From the NCBI GenBank assembly GCA_001949185.1, contig BDGG01000016.1, positions 310,001 through 374,000 on the forward strand: 64,000 nucleotides of DNA. Reading direction: 5' to 3'. The translations under genes and the position numbers were made by a program. Numbering within the stretch: the first letter of the stretch is position 1; each line of letters starts with the position of its first letter. Shown in pieces: positions 52,101 to 64,000 of this stretch. The DNA is from Ramazzottius varieornatus. Its lineage: Eukaryota; Animalia; Tardigrada. The notes beneath the pieces are model-generated. The model was not told where the DNA came from. It ran no database searches and saw only the letters and a program-made list of their open reading frames with translations.

Positions 52101-53661
52101 TCAAGTCGCATCAGCCATGGCCAACAATGAGTTGATAGCTGCGCTCTTGTTGTTATGCTTCTCTTCCAGCACCGACTTAATAATATCATCTTCGATACTG
52201 GGAAACATTTCCTTGACTTGCTTGATGTCCTCTTCGGTAACTGTCACCGTAGGCATGGCCGGAAGTGCCACTGTGGGCTCTACACCTGCACAACAAGCAG
52301 CCGCGGCTTCGAGAAAAGTAACGTGAGAGACGGAAAAAACTGTTTACCTGTGGCAGGGATACGTGGGTAATGTCCCACAGGCATTCCGGGCATGACCGAG
52401 TAAGCAGAGTTCGACAACAATGGCAGACTGCTGGGAAGTACGTATGGAACTACTTGTACCATCTGGTAAGAAAACACCATCTCAATCATTCCCTCCCTGC
52501 AAAACGCAAGCAAAAGCCCTGTTAAGCTCCAGCGCGGTTTGAACGCGCTCGAAGGTGTACTACAAATAATCCGCTTCGTTTTGATAATGTCAAAGAACGA
52601 AAAGGAAACATGTGATGCATGAGTTTACTTTTGGTCGCCCTGCTTTCCACTGAGCTGCCACCAATCATCCAGCGCGTCGCCTTCGAAAACTCGCGGAGGA
52701 ATGGTGAAGTGTCCCCATGCGATGCGCTCGTCCGTCGAGAAGGTACGCTGAAGAGAAACGATCGAAGTTTAGTTCGGAGTAGATAAGTAAACCTTCTTCT
52801 TCTTCTTCCGATGTTTGTCGAATGACAAATGTCATACCTCATCGAATATTTCCACGTAGACAGAGTTGATGCCAGGTGGAAGGTAACTGCAGCGAACATT
52901 TCACCGTTAAAAGACCTTTCCCATTCGCGAGTCGTAGGGCAGAAGATGGACGCTTACCATGTGAAGGTCTTGTCCCACCGCGGACTGGAAAACAGAGAAA
53001 AGAATGGAGATAAGACAAACTGGCGTGAAATAAATGTTTCGCGTCAGATTCCCAGAATCTAACTTTCCGTCCCTGGCGGTGGGAACTGGTCATACAGCTT
53101 ACTTCGTAGCTCCATTTGGATCGGTCTCCGACTCGAAAACGTAATGTCCAATCCGTATTCTGACGTAAGGATCCTATTTCAAGGCAAGAGCAAGACAGTG
53201 AAAGAGTGGGGAAGTGATTCGTTAATAATGGCAAAGGCATTTCCGTTCTGTACTTTCAGCGGAGCTGCTTCTGTGGAAATTACCTACCATTCTGGTTAGT
53301 CCGTAGTTCTTTCCGAGCTTGGCTTGAGCGACGGTCACACTGAGCCTTCCCTGAAGAGCAGGTTGGGCCCTGAGTTCCGCATAGCCACGCGGACTGTGTT
53401 GCTGGCCTACAGAGTGACCAGCTGCCAGCTGTGCCGCTAACTCGTGGTCTTGCTGGACAAGTCGCTGGTCATGTGTAGTCGGGATTCGCAGAAAGTCTTC
53501 GGGAACATCCAGTACAGCCTAGAAGAGGTACATACATGTGATAAGTCGAGCGGAAGAAGCGATCGATAAAGCAGTTATTTGTCACTTAACCCATTTCATT
53601 CAAGATGCCCTACCATCTGTCGAAAGTTCCTTCGTCTGGATCCTTCTCTTTCATTATCCAT
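52101..53661 (-). CDS. TOLLIP: Toll-interacting protein (TBD-C2-CUE), multi-exon
   Basis: VPEDFLRIP; C2 start GRLSVTVAQAKLGKNYGLTRM then PYVRIRIGHYVFES; C-terminal CUE TEEDIKQVKEMFPSIEDDIIKSVLEEKHNNKSAAINSLLAM. Confidence 0.92.
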
Positions 53662-54278
53662 GGTGTGTAAGGCAATTTCACTGCTGTACGAATGGCGAAG
53701 GTATTTCCCGCAAGCTGTGATTCCGATTTCCAAAAAACAGAAATGAAGTGAAAACGAAAACAACGAAAACTTTCGATAATTGAAACGGTGCACGGCTGCA
53801 TGTGCATGGTGCAAACGGATCAAATACGAACAACTGTCGCTTGATTTATCGATTAAGAAGTTGTCAAATGTTCTAACACGCCTCCTTTGGGGTTATTCCT
53901 TGCCATTCGCAAACTCCCGAACTACATCATCAGCTGCCTCATGGAAAATTCGTTTCCGAAAAGTTTTACTGCGGAAGAATCTCGCTCTCTCCGAACTTTA
54001 GTCCTCATAGCTATCTGGACAACACTTGGCGGATACTTGTCACGTTTCATTTTGAACAGTTGATATACTGTAAGTTGGGACGGTTTCTTTGCAGGAAATG
54101 TCAGCTAAGTGCACGTTCGAAGCCTCTTACTGATCCAGTGTACCTGAACTCGTTGAACGGTTCCACGTACAGTCATTTGGATCTCGGATCGAGCGACTGG
54201 GAAGAGCGTCCGCGAAAGACCGTACCAGAGTGACGGTCCCAGCGGATTTTCGTTTGATCAGCGTGCCTTCGTCAAACA

Positions 54279-56164
54279 ATGGATCTACTGAGAAGTTTTC
54301 TTCCTTTCCTCGCCTTGTTGCTCTGTATAGCAGTCTCGAGTGTCAGCAGTCAGTGCGACAGAATCAACAACATGGAGTTCACGGAACGACAAGCAACCAT
54401 AGATGCACTGAACCATCTACCAGCAGACCTCAGGAATAAGAAGTAAGTCTGCACTTGGACGGCGATTCGAAACAGTCTCTTTGGACTATAACTCAACTTT
54501 CCATCGTTTTAGGTTCACTTCGGTGGAAGCGAAACCAAAGGGGAACGGCAACTATACCTACACATTTCAGATCTGTCCGGATAAGGATAAAGCTACGGAC
54601 TTTGCTGGAGCCGTCCAGATCGACGATGATCCGGGAAAGACAACTCGAGTAATGGGACGCTTCAACGAAACTGACGCGATTCTCTCTCCAAGAGGTATGT
54701 CGAGTTTCCTGACACAGCACCGTGTGTGCACTCTCTAGACCTTGATCTTCGTGATATCTGCTCGAGAATGGCCGATAACGAGGACTTGAGGAGAACGATA
54801 GCGGGGAGACCCCACCTGAGTTACCACCCACTTGATCATCGGTTTCGAAATTCAAATTTCCATTCTTGTGTCATGTTATGTTATACGTAATGTCGTATTA
54901 CATTGTTATGTCATGAGGTGTAGTGGCCGAGTTGGTCACTCAAACTACTGTAAGTTCCACCGGAAACAGGAATGCAGTGCTGCTTTGTTCATTCTGTTTG
55001 ATGAAAGTTGCCTTAAGTTCGACGGACCTAATGACGATTCTTTGTTCGCAGGTGATCTGCTATCCTTAATTTACACAAGCGGAGACAACTACACCAACGC
55101 ATGTGGGAAGTCGGAGCGGCGCGCAATCGTGATCATTCGATGCAACGATGGTATCCACGAGGTATGTTCTGTTGAACTTGAATACGTGATGCCATGAACA
55201 CGAGAAATGTATAAACTTGGCTGTTACAGGGAGATCTGGATATGCTGGCTGAAGCAGCAGGGACAGGTGAAGACTTCTGCCATTACATGCTGGAGCTGAC
55301 CCTTCCGCCCGGAAGTCTTCCCGGTCTGCTCAAGTACTGCACGTCGATGGGCTCTTCTCCTGGTACATCTTCCACCACTGCCGTCCCTGTAACGCATGTT
55401 GTCCCTGTCCCCGCCTCAAGCTCTGTTGAACCTAGACATAGCTCCACTGTTCAGCCTGTACCAGCTCCCGCTGTTGTAGATCCAGGACACCATCTGAGCG
55501 CCGGATCCGTCGTCCTCATCATGTGAGAAATCATCTTCTTTTCTGTTTTAAGCCACAGCTCTAATGCGATTACGTTTTCGACAGTATTTTAGTCACGACA
55601 GTTGCCTTCCTGGCTATCGGAAGCATCTACAAACGAGTAAGTTAGTACCTGAAACGTCGGGAATGAGTTCATCCAGATCGTTTTCCCAAGTGGCGCACAC
55701 TCCTAGTAAGCAGTAAGAATGAACGCCTGTGATAACGACCTGGGCGACATGATTTGCCGACGTGCCACTTTTCTTCACAAACAGGCTTGACATTTTGCTG
55801 TTTGGAACTTTGTGTGGGTCTTCACCCTGAATTTTGTTTTTCGTTCGGATTATTTAATTCGAGTATTTATCTTCTCACTGCTGTAGTATGTTGCTGGAGC
55901 TCAAGGATGGGAGCAGATTCCTTTCATTGACTTCTTCAGACGTTGTGGATCACTTCAAGCGGTACGTAGTTGTTTTATACGTGGTTTTTTTATTCATGCA
56001 GTGACTGATATTCTTTGTTGCAGGATGGATGGAAGTTTGTGACCGGGCGTGGACGTTCGGTTCACAGCAATCGTTACGACGGATATTCGTCGGTCAGTAC
56101 CGATGAAGAAAGGCAGCCGGCACTGGATCGTCACAACAACGATGACCATCTCTTGCCAATGTGA
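54279..56164 (+). CDS. M6PR: Cation-dependent mannose-6-phosphate receptor (MPR46)-like, multi-exon
   Basis: Signal peptide; single MRH domain (YTFQIC, AGAVQ, LIYTSGDNYTNACGKSERRAIVIIRC, FCHYMLEL); HLSAGSVVLI transmembrane segment; tail YKRYVAGAQGWEQIPFIDFF; C-terminal DDHLLPM. Confidence 0.92.
55664..55745. repeat. Fold-back element copy 16 (M6PR intron), right arm decayed
   Basis: Left arm CCAGATCGTTTTCCCAAGTGGCGCA is intact; right arm AACGCCTGTGATAACGACCTGG is degenerate. Confidence 0.8.
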
Positions 56165-56420
56165 ACCTTCCTCCATGCTGAGGAATTTGTTTGTGGTGGT
56201 AGCTTCTTTTCTAGAACCAAATGTACCGATGACACGGTAAGGGTGATTGTACAGCTCTCCATAGTCATAAACTAAAGAATATCAAACGTTCGAGTTTCCT
56301 TCGTTATCTTCGGAGATTTACGCTGTGAGTTCAGGTAAGAAAACTGATTCATTTTGGACCTCATAGATGTTATCCGCAAAAATAATAACTTTAAATAAAA
56401 CATTGCGAGGTGGAAGATTT

Positions 56421-56535
56421 GGGAGGTCGGTAACTCGGCAAGATTGTTTCCCAATTCGCGCACGTTCAGTGCTTTTGGCTGTTAGCGTGCGCCACTTGGA
56501 AAACGACATTGCCGAGTTTGTTTGCCAAACTTCCA
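56421..56535. repeat. Fold-back element copy 17, 25-nt spacer
   Basis: ACTCGGCAAGATTGTTTCCCAATTCGCGCA-N25-TGCGCCACTTGGAAAACG..TTGCCGAGT. Confidence 0.85.
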
Positions 56536-57829
56536 TTTGGTTTCTTGTTGCATAACTCCGCGTGTGATCAGTTTGCACTGTTACAAAGTAGGGAATGACT
56601 GGAAAGTCAAGGGCGGAGTCGGCGGAGGTATTTTCTCAACGAAACCAGACGACTGGGTAGGTAACCTTCCCACCCCAAAAACTTTTGTTCGGAAGGTCAG
56701 ACATAAACAAACGGGAGACGGGCGTAAAAACACCGCGACGCCGGTACATGGGCGCGCCCAGAAAAATGGGCGCGGATCTTGGCGCTGCACATGGCGGTCA
56801 ATATCGTTAAGTCTCACTGATTAAGGTGACGGGGTTGATTCAAAGAATTTGCTTTTGAATAACGTCTCGTCAGAACATGGCTGGGGTGTTGAATGGAGCA
56901 GTTCTTCCAACAATGGAGCTTTTGAAGGAGCACTAGACCGCATAACGGCGGAACGGTCAACTTTGGTTCCTGCTTGACTGGACATTTGGCATTATTGTTG
57001 GTCTAGCAAATGGTCGCACATTTTTCCCAATGAACGAGCAATAATGACATTCCATTTCGGCTGCGGGTCGCAACGATGTACAGCAACCTTCGTTGACTTT
57101 GTGATTACACGTTTCAAGCGCAGCGCCACCGATGCCTTTCCGGGATGAATTTGCTCGTTCTTCGTTTCATCTGTAGAGCTCACCAAAGGCATTCTTCTCC
57201 GTTGGGGCAGCGTAGGTTAGTTCGCAATGAGCTGGAAGAATTCAGTCTGTCTTGATCGTTATAAGGCACCTGATTTCATTCGTAATTAATTAGTTTGCTG
57301 AAGTTATTAGTGGGTTTCTCACATTCCTCAGAAAGATCGCGCAGTTCGATTGTTTCCCCAGCTAAACAGGGACCGACGATCAGGTAAAGACAATAATCGA
57401 ACATCCCTAAAAAGAGTCGGGATTAATTAATTTCTTTGAGAGCAAGCGAGGAAGAAGAATAGGCTGTTACGTGTAGTTCCCGTGAGAGGACAATGGCTAA
57501 AGGTGTGAAGAAAACCCACTGGAAGATATTAGGAGGGTGAGTTGATCTGACGTGTCAACACGAGCCGCGCTTGAATAGGCTTTATGGCTGCAAATTAACG
57601 ATTCTCCTTTGATCTATTGATGCCATCATTGGCGATGGTCATGAAAAGGCTTACGGACGCTGCGGGCGACTTCGTAGGTGATCATCATCTCCAACACCTT
57701 TTGTCCCTCCTCACGTTCTTCTACGATTTCGACTCTTTTGACAGATCAAGCAAGACTCCCGCTGCGCCCAACATTCACAAAAGTGCCAGCCCATAAACGA
57801 TACCGTGCATATTCGATCAAAAGAATTCC

Positions 57830-58411
57830 TTGCCAACGAGTTGGGAGTTCGGCTTTATGCTTTCTCGCGATATGACCGTAGGGTTCGTCGCTGCGCCAGT
57901 TGACCAAAGCTTTCTGGATCAAGACTGCGATCGTCCCGCTCAACCTTCAATAAATCCAGAGAACTTCCAGCTCTTAGGGTCACGGAAGGATAATCAGTGT
58001 TATTTTGAAGACGGCTCTATCGGCGGCCCAGAGTTAAGTCTGCCCGCATTGCTCCGCACCGTGCATCACCTCGTTTCGATGGCGCGTGTTAGCAGTGACG
58101 TAATGGAGCCAATCGCACAAGGATGTGGCGGTGGCCCGTGCGATATTGTAAGTCTAAAAGGGAGAAGGTACTCGTGGTAGACTTTCTAGACGACATTGTT
58201 TAGCGGAACATGCTGGCAGGTCTATGTAGTTGTTCTGGTTTCAACGGACCCTGGAAGGATAAATCACAAGAGGACTCTCAAGGAGGAACTTCCGGCGTCG
58301 CTGTATCGACAGGTGCAAATGTGGTGGGCTGCCGGGATTACGCCTACAACGACTGAGTTTCTCGAGAGTTCACGACGGCTGCCCTGGAAGGTTAACGTCG
58401 ACACTCGTTAG
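57830..58411 (+). pseudogene. Stop-interrupted long reading frame of unknown identity
   Basis: ORFs 57830-58180 and 58196-58411 are in the same frame, separated by two TAGs. No family recognised. Confidence 0.25.
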
Positions 58412-59857
58412 GAGAATTAAACTCTTCGTAATCAACAACATGTGCGGCAACTTATTTTATCGTTTCATCTTTCAGCGCCTTGCCTCCCTCGCACGGGTAG
58501 TCAATTAATTAATAACCCCTGTTTCGTGTGCGTTGAGAGCTCAAAACGGCGCTGGTAACGAGGAAACAAGGACAGTATATTCGTGTTCACACTGTCGTAT
58601 CGTGAACTGCCAGTACGGCTTTTTCTCGATTCCGTTCTGACTTCGATCTCCTAAACACTTTGAGAAGAACGTCCGGAAGTCATCGTGGGTGCAAATGTAT
58701 CGAACCGGAACAGATATTTGCAAAATTTGACGCCGATATGGCTTAGCGACAGAACAACGCCGAGCTACGGCTCGCACCAACAACCATTAAAATTCACTTC
58801 CGGCGGCTACTAAAACAAAAGAAACCGCGCCACACAGACGAGACGAACCGCCACATCCTCTTAATGGTCGATTTCCTAATCGAATCATCGTTGATCGCTG
58901 ATACAATCTACGTGGACTATAGGACGAAACGTACCGACTGCCGTTTCGGATATCGTAGGACCCGTTGGACCTACCGGAAGCACGTCAAGGCTTTTGAATG
59001 GTGGTTTCGGCATGGAGGCAACATTTTGAATGGCAAACCACCCATTGACTTTAAGCCAAAACGTGCTCCATTGCGATAAGACTTCACTTCATCCGATAAG
59101 TTTTGATACAAATATAGCCATTGACGATAAACTCATTGTGCTGTTTACCGGGAAGATGGGTCAATCAAAGTTGATCAGACATGGCGTAGATCACGAGTTT
59201 TCCAGAACGGAAGATCACGCCACGCTACGCCACGTACCAGTGCCACCAGGCTCAGTTGTACTTGTACAGTAGGTGTCGTGCTTCAGGAAACTCGCAACGG
59301 GCGTTTACGCATACGGAATGTATCCCTGGAGTTGCTTCATTTTGGTTCTCAACGGACCGGGGTGCAAATTCCCGTGTACGAGGTCGAATCGCGCGAGTCT
59401 CACGGAGCGTAGCGCAGACGTAGGCGCCGTCTACCGGGACGTAGAGATCGCAGAGCGCCGACGGCAGCCGCTCCGCCCTCAGCCTGTCTGGTTGCCTTCC
59501 AATCAAGCAACCGAACCAACTGTGGTCTCCACTCTCCACATTACGCGCCTCTCTGCAGGCATTTTCCGTGGTTTCGTTTTACTTGCTCGTATTGCCAATA
59601 TTATTTCTCTCATAGCGTCAATCATCACTCTCCCATCCTAGACACTCGAGAGCTCGCTGGAATCTTTGGACAGTCTACTTGATTCTACTTGATACTTCCT
59701 CCAGCGATATCCGCGCAAAAGCCAGCCGTGCGGGGGACGAAGCCGGACACCGATTGGTCTGGACGCTGTTGTGCAATCGCCCAGAAAGCCGCCGATACGA
59801 AACATCGTCTAGATTTTCTGGAGCTCATCAGACGTCTCTTCTGTCCTTGTTTTTCAG

Positions 59858-60256
59858 ATGATCCTCAGCCAGATGTCCATCCACCAGAACCTCACCAGAA
59901 TGGCCACTCTACAAGAAGAAGCCATCGGTCCAACCGAGGAAAGGTGAAGTTGTCCGCTTCAACCGGAAATTCAAACGTCGCGCGTGTGGATTTCTCTTTA
60001 TCTCATCGTCCGCCAGCTTCTAATTTCACCCTGGACCCATCTTCGTGGAGGTCCGGTCAAGCTTTCATCGCCACCGAAATGGAGCCCAGGTTACGGAGAG
60101 CTCGATGGATAATACGAGCGCCGTTTCACGATTGGGAATTTACCTTCGTTTCCTTCCTCCTCCTCGCCTTTCTCAGTATTCACAGTCTTTCCGCCGGGAG
60201 GATACCTCTCAAAGCTGACGACGAAGTTTCCGCACCTGACAAGGAAAAGATACCCG
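59858..60256 (+). CDS. Probable 5' exons of an unidentified gene (59858-59943, ~60177-60256), continuing downstream
   Basis: Good acceptor TTTTCAG|ATG, donor AG|GTGAAG, acceptor TTCTCAG and donor G|GTAAG join in frame (MILSQMSIHQNL...IHSLSAGRIPLKADDEVSAPDKEKIP). No domain recognised. Confidence 0.35.
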
Positions 60257-63055
60257 GTAAGAGACGCATGAGACAATTTCCATTAATTTTTCATGAATTA
60301 TTCCAGGGAATCTTTAAAGGCAGAGAAGGATGCTCATCGGCTGACGAATTTTGCTGGTTTCAACAGAAAATCTTTGTGACTGGTAGAATTGCTTAACAAT
60401 CGCTGCGTGCTCAGCGTATTGTTGAGCAAACAAGATGTTGATATTATTATGAATCGGTGATAGAGGAGAAATATTGGTGTGTGAGTGACGATTTGCCGAG
60501 ATTTCGATACACTTCAATTGTGTTGATGTTGGGGCACAGGGTTCAAAGGTGAAATTTGTGATGAGGGTGGCGGGCCGCCTTGTGCTTACAAGCAGGGAAG
60601 CCTATTGTTGGGCTTGACACCTTTCCCATGCCGTGGCTGTGCTTGTGTGGCGCTGTATGGAAGGTCTTCGCGTTACGCATTGTTATCGACTAATCAATTA
60701 AGTTAATTGTTGATTGTATATCTCTTTCAGCGCTCTTCGCCCATTTCTCAAACAAGGCACGGAAAGGAAAGCCGTTTGTGTTCTCTTGACACAATCATTT
60801 ACTCTGTGGCTTCTTTTATCTTAACTTGTAGGGATCGATTACGCCACGATAACACTCCCGCGAGGCTTTTCATCATGGTCCAATCAATAAGGATCAAACT
60901 AAGTACAACAATCATAGCCACTGTTTTAAAGCTTCATCACACGATCTTTCTCTTCCTTTCACGACGGCAAAGTCAAACATGAAGAGGTGTTTGCTATCCC
61001 AGTTCCCACGATCGAACTTCTACCGTAAACAAACTGAAGCTTTTCCTCGTTAAAATGTATCGTTTGGAAATTTTAATTTGCTCTAATTAAGGACCGGACC
61101 GTGGCGAAGACTGGGGCTACTGAAAGTTTTACGAAGCGGAACGGCGTCATTAATCCCGTAATTGAAGTCATAACTCATGTTGCGAAAAATCAAGCTGATA
61201 ATACCCGCTGAGCGAGCGGCTGACTTGTCGTTTCTTTCCTTGGCTGGGTTGCTGGCATGGCGGCCATCTTGATAGATAGGTCTTGGGGGAAAGGCGACGC
61301 GCCACGGGCTTTGCTATCCTTTCCCCGAAGATGTTGACGTTGTTAGCGCCGCGAGTACGCCAGAAGTTCTTCTTGCTCAACAACTACGAGACGATCACCC
61401 AGATCGTTGTTGGAGCGTTCTACAATCGAGGCTTGGGTGGTTTGAGGCTGGCTTCCGACTTTGCGACGAGCCAGTTCTTCTTGTTCGCCAGTGAAACCGA
61501 TGGCACGCGCGCCTGCTGTTTCCCAAAATACCCACCAGCCATGCACACGTATCATATTCTCCGCCATACAAGATTCCCCGACACTAATTTCATGCTACAT
61601 AGTCCATCGAGAATCTTTCCTCCCAGTCGGAATGTGGAACACGCTTGCAGCTGTTGGAGAACCATCGTCGAGATTGAGACAGACACCGTCGGGCTTGATG
61701 GGACAGTTGTAGGGCTTGACGTCAGTGATAGGAGGTGGTACACACAGTATGCGCTGTGCATATTCTGTAGCTCTGACCACTGGTCACCCCGTGGCATGCC
61801 AAGAAATATGTCCGCTTCGGGGAATGCGACGGCCTACGGTTGGTCTTTGCCTGACGACGTCACTACAGACTTTGACTTCCTCGTGTAATTTGAGGATATG
61901 TGTGCGGTCTGGGGAGTAGGCTGTTTGGCTCGCTAACTGATGAAGGAGCTTCTCGAGTACTCGATAGTCGATACAGTACGGCTGTGTATCTTTGTGGTTT
62001 ATGGCCTATTTTGAGTCAAGACTTAGATCCAGGCAAGCCAGCGATAACGGCGGAGAACATCTTCAGCAGTGATTATGGCTGCTGATGATGAGGCTTCTTC
62101 TTCCTTATCGAGTGTCTAAATTTCCCCACAGCTTAGAGCCCACTTGAGCAGAAGACCAACGAGACAATTAATCACAATTTCTCCCATTTTAGGCTCGATG
62201 GCGGAAGCCGGAAGGAAGGCAGTAGCTAAAGGGATGAACTCGAAGGCGAAATGGAAGTTTCCTTCTTTTGATGCCTTGATTCCTATTTTAGGCCTACACC
62301 AGCGTTGAAACTGATGGCGACAGATGGGCTAGCTGTGAAGCAGTCAGGCGAAGCCAAATCGGCGACGATTGAATGGGTACACGTGTGACTTTACAGGAGG
62401 TGTAATAAATAAGAGGTGGGCTGATTGACCGATAGCCAGTTGTCGGGCCGTTGGCTGTCAAGGCGGAAGTGACAAAAGCATGGCAGGCGGCAGGGCGATA
62501 CGCTGCTGTGAGCAAGCCAGGATGCGGAAGAATAGGCGGTTAGGCAGCTTGATTGGCCAGCACCTCCATTATATCTCTCCGATTTGTAAATTATAGTGCC
62601 TGGTAGGTCCTTTTGGCTGTAAACTAGGCATCTATGGCTGCAAAAGCAGGCAAGCGAGCAAAAAATCACGTTGGCCTCCGTGCATAGTCTTCGTGGTCGT
62701 AAAATGCAAATTAAGACTAGGCTTCCTGTCATTGTGCATCTCGTTGCTTATTTTATGACCTCGACGACAAAGCGCCTCTGAACTTTATTGTATGATCTTT
62801 ATCGATCGATTTGTCAGACAGCTGAGAAGCCAAAGTCAATTCACTGTTTGGAGGAGAGACTCAAGTTCAAGTAGAGGAAAGAGGAAGTGGGACCACGGAA
62901 CCTCCTTGTTCGTTATGCAACCCCCAGACGGCCTAACACGACTTTAATGATGATGGTTCGCTCATCATGGCCCATCGTCCTGCCACTGTGACTATGCTAC
63001 CCTGAAGTCCGACCTCCATTCGGTCCCTCAGTTCCCTTTTCCAATCTTTATATTT

Positions 63056-63170
63056 GGGAGCTCGGCAAACGAACTTGACAAGATTGTTTTCTCAAGTGGC
63101 GCACGCGTCCAGCCTATAACAACGAAAAAGGGCGCCACTTGACAAACGATACTGTTGAGCTCGTTTGCCT
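63056..63170. repeat. Fold-back element copy 18 (near full length), 27-nt spacer
   Basis: GGGAGCTCGGCAAACGAACTTGACAAGATTGTTTTCTCAAGTGGCGCA-N27-GGCGCCACTTG..CTCGTTTGCC. Confidence 0.9.
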
Positions 63171-64000
63171 GGGTTTGCTTTCTTGTTCGGGAGCTCCGTG
63201 TCATGACTTGGAATATGAGTTTAGTAGGGGGGAAACGTTCGTGTATCAAAGGCAGCAGGATACTTTTGAGTAGTGGCAGGAGAGCAGACGGAAGCAGCTG
63301 ATGTAGGCATCACAGCAGTGTGATCAAAATGGCGCAAAGTCAGTTCGTGTTTTACAAACAATTGTGGCGCCGGTCTGTTCACTGAGCTTGTGCCATGTGT
63401 GGAACGTTCATACACGCGCGGTAGTGTGCGTTTGGGTTTTTTGTCGGGAAGAAGTCGAGCTATGTGACCGAGATTCCACTAGGAAGCCAAGAAGATCGCA
63501 CTAGCGAAGCAGACGGGATGTTTTGGCCACTTTTGTTGCTTGTCTTTTGGGCGTCGTGCTGAATTAAGCTCTTGAGAGATGGACAGTTGTTTAGAGCTTT
63601 GCAACATGTCAAAGTGCTGAAAGTGGAAGTGCACGGAGGAAAGACAGTGACAGGCGCGTGAAAAGTCTCAGCAAGGGAGGACCAGTGAGGAAGAGAAAAG
63701 TGTGGAGATTAATTTTGTTTCATGTGCCTTTTTTGAGTCGGACCAGCGTTTGTATACAACGGTTATGACTGTTAAGTAAACTTCAAAAATGTCCACCAAA
63801 TTTGGGCAGGCGCTGCTTGCTCACGACTTTGATGGCCATTTTTAAAAGCAAGTCTGGCGCCATCAAAGTTCTAAAAGCTTGTAGGTAGCTTCTAGACGAA
63901 GTTCACAGTCCGCCATCGCGATCAACTTTCCGATTAACTGGGAACCAAATTGAGCGAAGAATGAACGGGGGAAGAAAATCGCGACCGAGGGCTCTGAGGT

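Overview
Compact, intron-rich animal genomic DNA with mostly 50-300 nt GT-AG introns. The style suggests a small-genome invertebrate such as a tardigrade, but that is inference only. Most entries in the supplied ORF track are exon fragments or noise. Manual splicing gives nine gene models: ICMT (+), a PH-domain protein (+), mitochondrial ankyrin-AAA+ CLPB/Skd3 (-), CDC42 (-), endonuclease IV/APN1 (-), PTPN11/SHP2 (+), TTI1 (-), TOLLIP (-) and a cation-dependent mannose-6-phosphate receptor (+). There are also several decayed reading frames and a ~15 kb gene-poor block (29.8-45.3 kb). The most striking non-genic signal is a dispersed fold-back element with 18 copies found by eye, about 1 per 3.5 kb, all intronic or intergenic. 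Its core is two inverted CAAGTGGCGCA arms held 27 nt apart in 13 of 18 copies, although the sequence between them has diverged. Also seen: a second MITE-like element, an exact 85-bp tandem duplication carrying rearranged tRNA-Asp-like pieces, and two decayed copies of an unrecognised gene family. All coordinates were counted by hand and may be off by a few bases.
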